29,331 nucleotides of DNA from Promethearchaeota archaeon (GTDB lineage Archaea > Asgardarchaeota > Lokiarchaeia > Sigyniarchaeales > SOKP01), in assembly GCA_048938025.1 (NCBI GenBank), contig JBHLMP010000012.1:13706-43036 (forward strand), written 5' to 3'. The position numbers and the translations under genes were made by a program. Position 1 is the stretch's first letter. Every line of letters starts with the position of its first letter. This document shows, piece by piece, positions 1 to 9,451 of this stretch. The notes beneath the pieces are model-generated. The model saw only the letters and a program-made list of their open reading frames with translations. It searched no databases and was not told where the DNA came from.

Positions 1-188
1 ATTAAAATCTAAGTATGATACTGAAATGTTTAAAAAGAAATGAATCATTACCACTGAAATTTTTTAAATCTCCTATTTTTCAAACTTTTAACCATTACAA
101 TTGTTATTAGTATGAAATATTTAAAAAAGAGAGGTAGATACCTATCAAATATTTAAAAACTGATTTTTAATATTTAAGTATTTTAGTA

Positions 189-1211
189 ATGGCTAACATT
201 TTAGTTACTGGCGGTACTGGATTTATTGGTGTCCCATTAGTAAAGAAATTGAATGAGTTAGGTCATAATTTAAAAATCTTAATAAGAGAGAGTAGTAATA
301 CTGAACCTTTTCAAAATCTTAATAATATCGAATATATAACTGGTGATGTTCGGGACATTGATAGTTTATATAAAGGTGTAGATAATGTTGAAATTATTTA
401 TCATCTTGCGGCTTACACAGGAATATGGGCAAAAAGTAAATCAATTTACCATGATATTAATGTAAAGGGAACAGAAAATATCGCTAAAGTTGCTTTTGAA
501 AATAATCTAAAATTATTTTATGTTAGTTCTTTCACTGCTTTAGGTCCTACTCCTCCAGACCCTGTTGATGAAACGTATGAAAAAGAACATTTTTGTATGG
601 AATATGAAAAATCAAAATTTCAGGCAAAAAAATTAGTGAAAAATTTTATACCAAAAGGCTTGAAAGTTGTAATATTCTATCCAGGAATTGTATATGGTCC
701 AGGAGATTTTAATATTTTTGGAAGAATGCTTTTTGATGTTATGAGGGGAAAAACTCTTCCCTTAGGTGTATGTCCTGGAAAAGGAGAATCAATAACTTGC
801 CTTTCGTATGTTAACGATTTAGCAGATACTTTTGTAAACGTAATCAACAGAGAAGATCTTTTTGGAGAAGAATTTATTCTTGGTGGAGAAAATATTAAGT
901 TTAGAGAATATCTGGATTTAATTGCTAAAATTGGTAGAAATAAAAAGGCAAAAAAGCTTCCATTCTGGGTTACAATGGTTTACGCATGGTTATTGGAAGT
1001 AAAAGCTTTTTTCAATAAAAAAGTACCCTATTTGACACGACCCACACTAAGAGCAATTAAGTACCATAGAGCATATTCTTCAAAAAAAGCTGTAGAAAAA
1101 TTAGGTTTTAAAATTACTCCTTTAGAAGAAGGATTACGTGAAACTATAGCATGGTATAAGAATTATATCGAAAAAGAAAAAAAAAATAGGAATACGAATG
1201 TGTTAAAATGA
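189..1211 (+). CDS. Extended SDR / NAD-dependent epimerase-dehydratase family oxidoreductase (HpnA / farnesol dehydrogenase-like)
   Basis: TGGTGFIG Rossmann motif, HLAA, INVKGT, catalytic Ser in VSSFTALG, YEKSK (YxxxK), PGIVYGPG; stop overlaps the next start (ATGA at 1208-1211). Confidence 0.9.
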   Translation: MANILVTGGTGFIGVPLVKKLNELGHNLKILIRESSNTEPFQNLNNIEYITGDVRDIDSLYKGVDNVEIIYHLAAYTGIWAKSKSIYHDINVKGTENIAKVAFENNLKLFYVSSFTALGPTPPDPVDETYEKEHFCMEYEKSKFQAKKLVKNFIPKGLKVVIFYPGIVYGPGDFNIFGRMLFDVMRGKTLPLGVCPGKGESITCLSYVNDLADTFVNVINREDLFGEEFILGGENIKFREYLDLIAKIGRNKKAKKLPFWVTMVYAWLLEVKAFFNKKVPYLTRPTLRAIKYHRAYSSKKAVEKLGFKITPLEEGLRETIAWYKNYIEKEKKNRNTNVLK

Positions 1212-1672
1212 CAGAAGAAAAATTAACAAGTCAAATTATAGATGAGAAAGCATATAAAACAGAAATAGCTAGAAAATACACCAAATTTCTGGCACAATAT
1301 CCTGAGATTTTCTCGGATTTAATAACTGGTTCAAACTTTGATTTTGCGCTTTATAATTCCGTTGAAACATATGATAAAGAATCTCCATTTGATATTTTCA
1401 ATGTATTTAGAAATGGAAATGGAATTGAAATAAAACCAGGAAGAGCTGTCGATTCAGATTTGGAATTAGCACTTTCGGTGGATGCAGTTAAAAAATTAAT
1501 CCAAACAAAAACGAAATTAGAGTATGCTCAGCTTTTAGGATCGTTTTATGATAATCCAGATGAAGAAAAAGGCTGGATTGATTTTGTATTGCATAAAAGA
1601 ACACAAACCTTAATCAACATGGGCTATGGAAAATTTGCCCAAACTGCTGGAATCCTCAAAGAGGATGAATAG
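1208..1672 (+). CDS. Hypothetical protein, putative SCP2-like lipid-binding fold (paralog A)
   Basis: 154-aa ORF translationally coupled to the SDR; IEIKPG...SDLELALSVDAVKKLI resembles the SCP2 strand-strand-helix pattern; aligns by eye with 3252-3659. The CDS is well supported, the fold is inferred. Confidence 0.7.
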   Translation: MTEEKLTSQIIDEKAYKTEIARKYTKFLAQYPEIFSDLITGSNFDFALYNSVETYDKESPFDIFNVFRNGNGIEIKPGRAVDSDLELALSVDAVKKLIQTKTKLEYAQLLGSFYDNPDEEKGWIDFVLHKRTQTLINMGYGKFAQTAGILKEDE

Positions 1673-1745
1673 AATTAAAGTATTTAAAAATCTTTTTAAT
1701 TGAATATTAGAAATAGCTTTAAAATATAAAAAGGTAATAAATTAT

Positions 1746-3239
1746 ATGGCAAAAGTTCAAGAATTGGAAATAAAAAATAAATACACAGGTGAATTAATAG
1801 GAACTATTCCGGCTGACACACCTGAAACAGTTAGAAAAAAAATAAAGACAGTACATAAAAATGAGCAATTACTAAAAGAAATGGATTTTTTTGAACGAGC
1901 TCAACTTCTTTCTAAATTTGCTACTAAATTACGTTTTAAAAAATTACAATTGAAGGATTTGGTGGTAGCAGAAGGTGGATTGCCAATTAAATACTCAGAA
2001 TGGGAATTGAATATTGTCATGAATGGTTTCAAATTTTGTGATTGGTATCATCAATTCATAGAAGACAAACCTTTAACGAGCATAGAAGGGGAACAATTTG
2101 CTAAGATAAGGTATTTTCCTCATGGACTAGCAGCGTGCATTTCTCCTCGAAATACACCTATAAGTCTACCTCTTTATCAATTGGGGGCAAATTATTTAGT
2201 TGGCAATGGAGCCATCGTGAAACCATCCACAGCTTGTCCATTGACTATGCTAGAAGCCTATTCTTCAATGGAAGAAATGGATTTACCTGCTCTTGGAGCT
2301 TTAGATATAGTTATTGCTCCTGGAGAATGGGCTGTGGATGAATTTCTTAAATCACCATTGGTTAAAACAATAATGACCATTACAGCTTCTCATACAGCTA
2401 AGGATATCTTAGTACGTTATGGTAGATTCCTGAAAAAAACTGTAGATAAATCAATGGGAGTTCCTATGTACACTCAACCATTTAAACACTTTTTTTTCGA
2501 ATGTGCTGGAAATGACGCTGGTATTGTCATGGATGATGTAAATTTAGAACAAGTTGCTAAGTGGAATGTAATGGCAAGTTATACTAATTCTGGACAACAA
2601 TGTTTCTCGATGAAGCGAATAATTGTCCACAAAGATATATATGACCAATATGTGGAATGTCTTGTGAAAGAAATTGAAAACTTAAAATACGGAGATCCAA
2701 CTGATCCGGATACAGATATTGGTCCATTGGGAAGTAGGAGAATCCTGATGATGATGGAAGTGATGGTGAACGATGCAAAAAAGTTCGGGACAAAAATTTT
2801 CACGGGAGCAGAAAAGATTGATACTGGTGAAGATTATGGATTATTTTATAAACCCACCTTAATTGAAATAAAACCTGAATTATGTGAAGATCTAACGACA
2901 GCTCCATTTTTATGGCGTGAAGAGGCTTTTGGACCAGTTCGTTCTATTACTAAAGCTAACGATATTAAAGATGCAATAAGACTAGCAAATGCAAGTAATT
3001 ATGGTATGAGAGCAGTAGTTTATACTTCTAATCTTAAAAACATTGAAATATTTAAGAACGAATTAGAAGCTGCGAATATTTATATAAATGCTAGACCCAT
3101 GCTTGTTGATATTACGGTTTCACTTGGTGGAATTAAAGATTCTGCTTATCCAGCAGGTTGCAAATATTATCCCCAGGAATTGGTTTATGGAAAATATATT
3201 TATGATGGTACTCCGTTGAATTTAGAGAAAATAAAATAA
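1746..3239 (+). CDS. Aldehyde dehydrogenase family protein (divergent)
   Basis: ISPRNTP (oxyanion Asn), VKPS, FECAGND (general-base Glu), NSGQQCFS (catalytic Cys), GDP..P.TDIGPL, EEAFGPV, ANASNYG; SD-like AAGGT upstream. Confidence 0.92.
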   Translation: MAKVQELEIKNKYTGELIGTIPADTPETVRKKIKTVHKNEQLLKEMDFFERAQLLSKFATKLRFKKLQLKDLVVAEGGLPIKYSEWELNIVMNGFKFCDWYHQFIEDKPLTSIEGEQFAKIRYFPHGLAACISPRNTPISLPLYQLGANYLVGNGAIVKPSTACPLTMLEAYSSMEEMDLPALGALDIVIAPGEWAVDEFLKSPLVKTIMTITASHTAKDILVRYGRFLKKTVDKSMGVPMYTQPFKHFFFECAGNDAGIVMDDVNLEQVAKWNVMASYTNSGQQCFSMKRIIVHKDIYDQYVECLVKEIENLKYGDPTDPDTDIGPLGSRRILMMMEVMVNDAKKFGTKIFTGAEKIDTGEDYGLFYKPTLIEIKPELCEDLTTAPFLWREEAFGPVRSITKANDIKDAIRLANASNYGMRAVVYTSNLKNIEIFKNELEAANIYINARPMLVDITVSLGGIKDSAYPAGCKYYPQELVYGKYIYDGTPLNLEKIK

Positions 3240-3251
3240 TTAGATTGCGCG

Positions 3252-3659
3252 ATGGATGCAGAAGAATTATATAAAAAACTAAAAGCTTATTTTCCAAATA
3301 ATTTAGATTTAATGAGACATTTAAATGTAAACGCTTGTTGGGAATATTGTATTACTGAAAATTCTATAGATGACAAAGCTTTCAAACTCCATTATTTTTT
3401 GTATAAAAGAGAAGACAATAATTTAGAAATGACAAGAAGTAAACCGGATCTTAAGCCAGATTTAATTTTATATTTCACAGAAAAAGCAATTTTAAATTTA
3501 ATTAAAGGGAATGCGAGTGCAGATGAATATTACTCTCGCTATCGTGAAGTAATGAATAATGCTAAACCAGGGATTGAGGTGGATAATAAAGTAAATAAAC
3601 CTCGATTGAAGCTTTGGCAGATAGGCTATAAAAAGTGGCAGAAGGATTTTAATTTTTAA
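3252..3659 (+). CDS. Hypothetical protein, putative SCP2-like lipid-binding fold (paralog B)
   Basis: 135-aa ORF 12 bp after the ALDH stop; KPDLILYFTEKAILNLI...EY...GYKKW matches paralog A. Confidence 0.7.
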   Translation: MDAEELYKKLKAYFPNNLDLMRHLNVNACWEYCITENSIDDKAFKLHYFLYKREDNNLEMTRSKPDLKPDLILYFTEKAILNLIKGNASADEYYSRYREVMNNAKPGIEVDNKVNKPRLKLWQIGYKKWQKDFNF

Positions 3660-3757
3660 ATATTCTGATTAAAATTTCTTTAGAAATATAATCCTGAATT
3701 TATAGGAAATTATTTATAAAACTTAATCTCAAATTTTTATAATATCAAATAAAAGAG

Positions 3758-5185
3758 ATGAAGAAAATGAAAAAGGAAGATATTTGTTTCATGTCTGCGT
3801 ATGAAATGGCTGAAAAAATTAAAAGTCAAGAATTGTTGTCTCAAGAAATAACTGAAACGATTATTGAAAGAATTGAAAAAGTAAATCCAAAGATAAATGC
3901 ATATTGTACATTAACTTTTGATTTAGCACGTGAGATGGCTAAAAAAGCCGATGATGCCGTCAAAAAAGGTGAAAAGTTAGGCTTGTTACATGGTATTCCA
4001 TCTTCAATAAAAGATTTGGTACCAGTTCAAGGAGTAAGGACCACCTTTGGGTCAAAAATTTATGAAAATTATATTCCGGATGAAGATGCTGTTATTGTAA
4101 AACGTTTAAAAGATGCTGGGTGTGTAATCTTAGGAAAAACTAATACTCCCGAATTTGGATTTAAAGGAGCTACTGATAATTTAATATTTGGAGCTACTCC
4201 AAATCCGTGGGATCTTAAGAAAACATCTGGAGGTTCTAGTGGGGGTGCAGCAGCATCAGTTGTCTGTGGAATGGGACCTCTAGCTCAAGGTTCAGATGGA
4301 GGAGGATCTATTCGGCATCCTGCTTGCTTTTGTGGAACTTATGGTCTCAAACCTAGCTTTGGGAGAGTTCCTATATATCCAAGAAAAACCATTTCTGCTC
4401 AAACATTATCTGTTATAGGTCCTATTGTGAGATATGTATCAGATGCAGCATTAATGTTAGACGTTATGAAGGGTCCATTTGAGGGTGATAGATATTCTTT
4501 ACCAGAGGATAACATTAAGTACCTTAATCTTATAGATGAAAAACCTGTAAAATTAAAAATTGGATATAGTTTAGATTTAGGGTACGCAAAAGTCATTGAT
4601 AGTGAAGTTGAAAAAGCAGTAATTAAGGCAGTTTATAAATTTGAATCCATTGGGTGGGAGGTTGAAGAAGCAAAATTTAAAGGAGTAGATCCATCAGAAG
4701 CTTTTAGCACATTATGGCTTGTAACTTTTGGATATGCACTAGAACCATATTTAAAGGAATGGAGAGAAAAAATGGATCCCACTTTAGTAACATGGGTCGA
4801 AGCAGGATTAAGTTCCCCAGCTTCAAGTTTACCACATGCTATGAAAACTCGTAATAAGTTTTATCAAGCTATATTTGAATCATTTAGAAATTACGATGTA
4901 CTAATTACTCCAACAACAGCAGTTCCTGCTTTCGAATTAGGGATTGTAGCTCCTTCAGAAATAAATGGAATAGATGTAAGACCCACAGACTGGCAACCAT
5001 TTACATTTCCCTTTAACTTTACTGGTCATCCTGCAGCTTCTATTCCCTGCGGATGGACAAAAAGTAATCTGCCAATTGGGTTGCAGATTGTTGGTAAAAG
5101 ATTTGAAGAATTATTAATTCTACAGGTCTCGAAGGTATTTGAAGAAATTTGCCCATGGCAATTCAAAAAACCAGTCTTCAATTAA
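3758..5185 (+). CDS. Amidase signature family enzyme (copy 1); start may be ATG 3767
   Basis: GIPSSIKD (catalytic Lys), GKTNTPEFG, GGSSGG, GSDGGGSIRHPA (nucleophile Ser), GLKPSFGRVP, FNFTGHPAASIPCG. Confidence 0.93.
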   Translation: MKKMKKEDICFMSAYEMAEKIKSQELLSQEITETIIERIEKVNPKINAYCTLTFDLAREMAKKADDAVKKGEKLGLLHGIPSSIKDLVPVQGVRTTFGSKIYENYIPDEDAVIVKRLKDAGCVILGKTNTPEFGFKGATDNLIFGATPNPWDLKKTSGGSSGGAAASVVCGMGPLAQGSDGGGSIRHPACFCGTYGLKPSFGRVPIYPRKTISAQTLSVIGPIVRYVSDAALMLDVMKGPFEGDRYSLPEDNIKYLNLIDEKPVKLKIGYSLDLGYAKVIDSEVEKAVIKAVYKFESIGWEVEEAKFKGVDPSEAFSTLWLVTFGYALEPYLKEWREKMDPTLVTWVEAGLSSPASSLPHAMKTRNKFYQAIFESFRNYDVLITPTTAVPAFELGIVAPSEINGIDVRPTDWQPFTFPFNFTGHPAASIPCGWTKSNLPIGLQIVGKRFEELLILQVSKVFEEICPWQFKKPVFN

Positions 5186-5270
5186 TTTCGAGCTCGTATT
5201 TGGATTCAAATATAAAATCGTTTATATTAAATATTATCAAATTTTAATTTATTAAAACAAATTAAAATCA

Positions 5271-6698
5271 ATGGTAAAAATGAATAAAGAAGATATATGT
5301 TTTTTGTCTGCTTGCGAAATGAGAGATAAAATAAAAACTCAAGAGCTTACTTCTCAAGAAATTACAGAAGCTATAATCGAAAGAATTGAGAAAATTAATC
5401 CAATTATAAATGCTTACTGTACTCCTACTTTCGAATTAGCAAGAGAAATGGCAAAAAAAGCCGATGAAGCAGTAAAAAAAGGTGAAAAATTGGGCTTATT
5501 ACATGGAATTCCAACTTCAATAAAAGACTTAATGTTCACTAAAGGAATAAGGACCACATTTGGATCATTAATGTATGAAAACTTTATACCGGAAGAAGAT
5601 GATATTGCAGTAGAAAGGTTAAAAAATGCTGGTTGCGTAATTTTAGGAAAAACAAATACTCCTGAATTAGGCTATGCTGGCTCTACTCATAATCGCGTTT
5701 TTGGAGAGAGTAAAAATCCTTGGAAATTAGATAGAACTCCTGGAGGTTCAACTGGAGGGGGTGGTGCTGCTGTAGCTTGCGGTTTAGGTCCACTTGCATT
5801 AGGAAATGATGGGGGTGGTTCAATAAGACATCCTGCTTCACTTTGTGGAGTTTATGGTATAAAACCTAATCTTGGAAGAGTTCCAATATATCCAAATATT
5901 TGTTTTCATGGAACAGGATATGTTTCTTATGGTCCGCTAACTAATTATGTTAAGGATGCTGCTTTAATGCTAGATGCCATGAAGGGTCCTCATGATGCTG
6001 ATAGATTTAGTTTACCAGCAGAAAAATTTAATTATATAGAACATATTGATGAGAAACCAGACAAACTCAAAATTGGATATTCATTAGATTTAGGTTATGC
6101 TAAAGTTATTGATGCTGATGTAGAGAAAAGTGTAATAGATTCAATACAAAAATTTGAGGGATATGGATGGACTGTTGAAAAAATAAAAATGAAAATGCGG
6201 AAACCAGAGATGTCTTTTTATACCCTTTATACATCCGATTTTTATTATGATCTTAAGCCAAAATTTAAAAAGTGGCGAGATAAAATAGATCCTGAATTAA
6301 TAAAATTGGCAGAGGCTAGTATTGGATTTTCTGTAAATGACGTGATGAGAGCATTAGATCAACGTGAACAGATTTATAGAGTAATTTATGAAATTTTTAA
6401 AACCTATGACATTTTAATAACACCAACAACAGCAATTCCCGCTTTTAACTTAGGATTAATGTTCCCACCGAAAATTAATGAAATGAATGTATCACCTACA
6501 GGGTGGCAACCCTTCAGTTTTCCATTCAATTTAACAGGACATCCAGCAGCTTCAATTCCTTGTGGCTGGTCGAGTGAGGATCTACCTATTGGAATGCAGA
6601 TTATTGGAAACAGGTTTAATGAGATGTTAGTATTTCAAGTTTCAAAGACTTTTGAAGAGATACAACCTTGGCAACATAAAAGACCAAAATTTGATTAA
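5271..6698 (+). CDS. Amidase signature family enzyme (copy 2, tandem paralog); start may be ATG 5280
   Basis: GIPTSIKD, GKTNTPELG, GGSTGG, GNDGGGSIRHPA, FNLTGHPAASIPCG; collinear with copy 1. Confidence 0.93.
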   Translation: MVKMNKEDICFLSACEMRDKIKTQELTSQEITEAIIERIEKINPIINAYCTPTFELAREMAKKADEAVKKGEKLGLLHGIPTSIKDLMFTKGIRTTFGSLMYENFIPEEDDIAVERLKNAGCVILGKTNTPELGYAGSTHNRVFGESKNPWKLDRTPGGSTGGGGAAVACGLGPLALGNDGGGSIRHPASLCGVYGIKPNLGRVPIYPNICFHGTGYVSYGPLTNYVKDAALMLDAMKGPHDADRFSLPAEKFNYIEHIDEKPDKLKIGYSLDLGYAKVIDADVEKSVIDSIQKFEGYGWTVEKIKMKMRKPEMSFYTLYTSDFYYDLKPKFKKWRDKIDPELIKLAEASIGFSVNDVMRALDQREQIYRVIYEIFKTYDILITPTTAIPAFNLGLMFPPKINEMNVSPTGWQPFSFPFNLTGHPAASIPCGWSSEDLPIGMQIIGNRFNEMLVFQVSKTFEEIQPWQHKRPKFD

Positions 6699-6733
6699 TT
6701 ATTAAATTTTTATTTTTCTTATAATTTCAGAAA

Positions 6734-7834
6734 CTAAAAAGATTTCATATTAGAGGTAGTTATATAGGAGGAATCACCAATAGTAATCCTTTTCTTTATT
6801 AAATCTTCTAGAATACTATAATCTCCTATAATACTTTCTGAAGAAATAATTTTTTTTAAATTTGCACCATCACCTATAACAGATTCAGAGATAATACACT
6901 TTTCAAGGATTACATCATCTCCAATGGACACATTTGGGCCAATAACTGAATCTGAAATCTTTGAATTTTTTCCTATAAATACAGGAGGTACAATTTTAGA
7001 ATCAATAATATTACCTGATTGGTACATTTTTTCATAAGAAGGGTCTTCTAATTTGATTTCTGCTAATAAGTGTCTATTACCTTCAATTAAGCTTTCAGGT
7101 CTTCCGAAATCTAAAATTTCTTCCTTCATTTCATTAATTTTTATTTTAAAGCCCTCATCTATGAGTTTTTGAATGACAGGGGTCAAATGATGCTCCTGTC
7201 CATTATCTAATTTAATTTTACTTTGCTCCTCCAATAATTCAAATAAACGGGGAGTTATACTCATTCCAAATAAATAGGCTCCCGAGACTGCATAGTTAGT
7301 TTTAGGCTCTTTAGGCTTCTCAACAATAGTAGTAATATAACCTTCATCATTTAGTTCAATTACTCCATAGAATTGAGGATTTTCAACTTGCTTAACATTC
7401 ATTACACCATCGCAAATATCCTGATGGAATTTCAAGAGAATCTGCGAATAATCTTCGATGGGGAGTCTATCACTTAGAAAAATGAAACAATCATCATTTT
7501 CAGCAAAATTTTTAGATAGTAATATTGCATCACCAAGTCCACTGAAAAAGGGAGTATCAGCTTCATAGCCAATTGGTTTTTGCACAATAAGTTGTAAATT
7601 AAAATAATCCGAATAATTTTTAGTTAAATATTCAGATATTTGCCTTTTCTTATAACCCACTATAAAACAAAGATTAGTATTTTTTGGAAAAGTTTTTTTT
7701 AGCTTTATTAGAATATGATCAATTAACCTCTTTCCTGCTATCTTTATAAATGCTTTAGGCTTTGAATATGTAAATGGTTGTAAACGTCGACCTGAGCCCG
7801 CTAATGGACAAATAACCCACATTTGTAAATTCAA
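6734..7834 (-). CDS. Sugar-phosphate nucleotidyltransferase (glucose-1-phosphate thymidylyltransferase long form-like) with C-terminal left-handed beta-helix; likely start ATG 7822
   Basis: AGSGRRLQPFTYSKPK, GLGDAI, YGV, IVEKP, DFGRPE, hexapeptide repeats (PPVFIGKNSKISDSVIGPNVSIGDD). Confidence 0.88.
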   Translation of the reverse strand: MNLQMWVICPLAGSGRRLQPFTYSKPKAFIKIAGKRLIDHILIKLKKTFPKNTNLCFIVGYKKRQISEYLTKNYSDYFNLQLIVQKPIGYEADTPFFSGLGDAILLSKNFAENDDCFIFLSDRLPIEDYSQILLKFHQDICDGVMNVKQVENPQFYGVIELNDEGYITTIVEKPKEPKTNYAVSGAYLFGMSITPRLFELLEEQSKIKLDNGQEHHLTPVIQKLIDEGFKIKINEMKEEILDFGRPESLIEGNRHLLAEIKLEDPSYEKMYQSGNIIDSKIVPPVFIGKNSKISDSVIGPNVSIGDDVILEKCIISESVIGDGANLKKIISSESIIGDYSILEDLIKKRITIGDSSYITTSNMKSF

Positions 7835-7911
7835 GAGATGTCTAATTATTATTATACGAAATATAAATATCTATGAAATAAAAAGTATTTTGAATTATTT
7901 CCTAGTTGTTT

Positions 7912-8433
7912 TCATATTTCCAAAATTGTTCTGAGGATATGATAATATTCAGCTTCTTTCAGCTTTTCATTTACAGTTTCTTTTAGTTTTCTTAAGATAT
8001 AATAGTCTGAACTAGTTTTTTTAGAATTGTATAATTTCTTATTTATAACAACTCTACTTTTTTCATCTAAGAACTTGAGTGGAATTCTTTTGTATTTATC
8101 AAGCAATTCCTTTCGCTCATTTTTAAGATTCAATTTAGATTCTTGTTCATTTACTCTTTTAATTTTCATATACAAATTTTTTATCCAAATTTCTATTTTA
8201 TCTAAATCTCCTTTTAAGTAAGTTCTTTGATTCAACCAGTCTTTAAATTCGATGATATTACCCAAAAGATCCTTAGTAGTTGAGCTTTCTTCCAAGATAG
8301 GTTCATTCTTCTTTGTTATATCTTTAATTTTTTTTATTTTTAGTTCCTGAACTTTTTCTTTAGGAAGTGCTTTAAATAATTTCTCCCTTCTGATTTCTTC
8401 ATCTTTATCAGAAAGCCATTTATCGATTGACAT
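7912..8433 (-). CDS. Hypothetical helical, Lys/Glu-rich protein
   Basis: 173-aa ATG-initiated ORF filling the gap, co-oriented with the nucleotidyltransferase; no recognised motif. Confidence 0.65.
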   Translation of the reverse strand: MSIDKWLSDKDEEIRREKLFKALPKEKVQELKIKKIKDITKKNEPILEESSTTKDLLGNIIEFKDWLNQRTYLKGDLDKIEIWIKNLYMKIKRVNEQESKLNLKNERKELLDKYKRIPLKFLDEKSRVVINKKLYNSKKTSSDYYILRKLKETVNEKLKEAEYYHILRTILEI

Positions 8434-8570
8434 AATATTTCACTAAAATAGTAAGTTCTTTCGATAAAAATTTATTATTTATTAATAAATTAATATAGAC
8501 TCTTAAAAATTCTAATAATTCATATTTAGAGATAATTTAAAATTCGATTTACATTATTATAATTTATATT

Positions 8571-9341
8571 ATGAAGGTTAAAGGAGTAATTTTTGATTTT
8601 GGCTTCACATTATTTTATTTTGATGAACCTTCTATTGAGAAATATTTTGAATGTTTTAAGACAGGATTAGTAGATTCTATTGACTTATTAAAAAAACATA
8701 ATATATTGAAAGAAAAAATAGCAATTGAAGATTTTATTAAAATTTTTAATAGAAAAAGAGCTTCCTCTTTTAAGAAAAGTATCAAAACAAAATTAGAAAT
8801 TCCTACCTCTATAATTTTTCAAAAAGTATTAAAAATAATGGTAGATAAAAATGCCATAAACGATTCGGATGAATTAAATGATCAATTCTATATGGAATTA
8901 GCAAATATATACCATTCTTGTGAAGAAGATGAATGGATTCCCTTCGAAAACACAAGAGATACCTTAGAGAAATTAGTCTTAAAAAATTTAAAAATTGCAT
9001 TAATCTCTAATCATCCAAATCATAAAACAATTGAAAATGTGTTAATTAAACATGATTTATTTCGATTTTTTGATATTGTTGTCACCTCTGCTAAATTTGG
9101 GAAAAGAAAACCTGATGCTAATATTTTTTTTCATACACTTAAAAAAATGGGTTTAGAATCTCATGCAAATTCGGTTATGATGTGTGGAGATGAATATGCT
9201 GATATTATTGGGGCTTATAGAACAAATTTGAAAGCTATTTTATTAGATAGGAAATACAAATTCCCGTTTGAAAAGGAGATTAACGTCCCTAATTATATAA
9301 AAGTGAAGGATGTATCAGAGATCTTAAATTTCATTGATTAA
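8571..9341 (+). CDS. HAD-superfamily hydrolase, subfamily IA
   Basis: Motif I IFDFGFTL, motif II LISN, motif III RKPD..IF, motif IV CGDEYADIIGA. Confidence 0.88.
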   Translation: MKVKGVIFDFGFTLFYFDEPSIEKYFECFKTGLVDSIDLLKKHNILKEKIAIEDFIKIFNRKRASSFKKSIKTKLEIPTSIIFQKVLKIMVDKNAINDSDELNDQFYMELANIYHSCEEDEWIPFENTRDTLEKLVLKNLKIALISNHPNHKTIENVLIKHDLFRFFDIVVTSAKFGKRKPDANIFFHTLKKMGLESHANSVMMCGDEYADIIGAYRTNLKAILLDRKYKFPFEKEINVPNYIKVKDVSEILNFID

Positions 9342-9376
9342 ATTAAAAATCAGGTATAATTAATGAATTTTAAATG

Positions 9377-9451
9377 TGGTCCGGGGGGGATTTGAACCCT
9401 CGATATCTGGCTCCGCAAGCCAGCGCCCTATCCAAACTAGACTACCGGACC
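9377..9451 (-). tRNA. tRNA-Arg (anticodon GCG), intronless, CCA not encoded
   Basis: Reverse complement folds as a cloverleaf: acceptor GGTCCGG/CCGGACC+A, anticodon arm CTGGC-TT GCG GA-GCCAG, T arm GAGGG-TTCAAAT-CCCCC. Confidence 0.95.

Noticed and set aside
5189-5212. Short palindromes (CGAGCTCG; TATTTGGATTCAAATA) between the amidases
   Set aside because: Short, not noticed upstream of the paralogous amidase, and without independent support
3758-6698. Amidases as GatA of the Glu-tRNA amidotransferase, given gltX in the same window
   Set aside because: No gatB/gatC adjacent, two tandem copies, and generic amidase motifs (NTPEFG, GSDGGGSIR) rather than GatA-type NMDEFAMGS/GSDTGGSIRQPA
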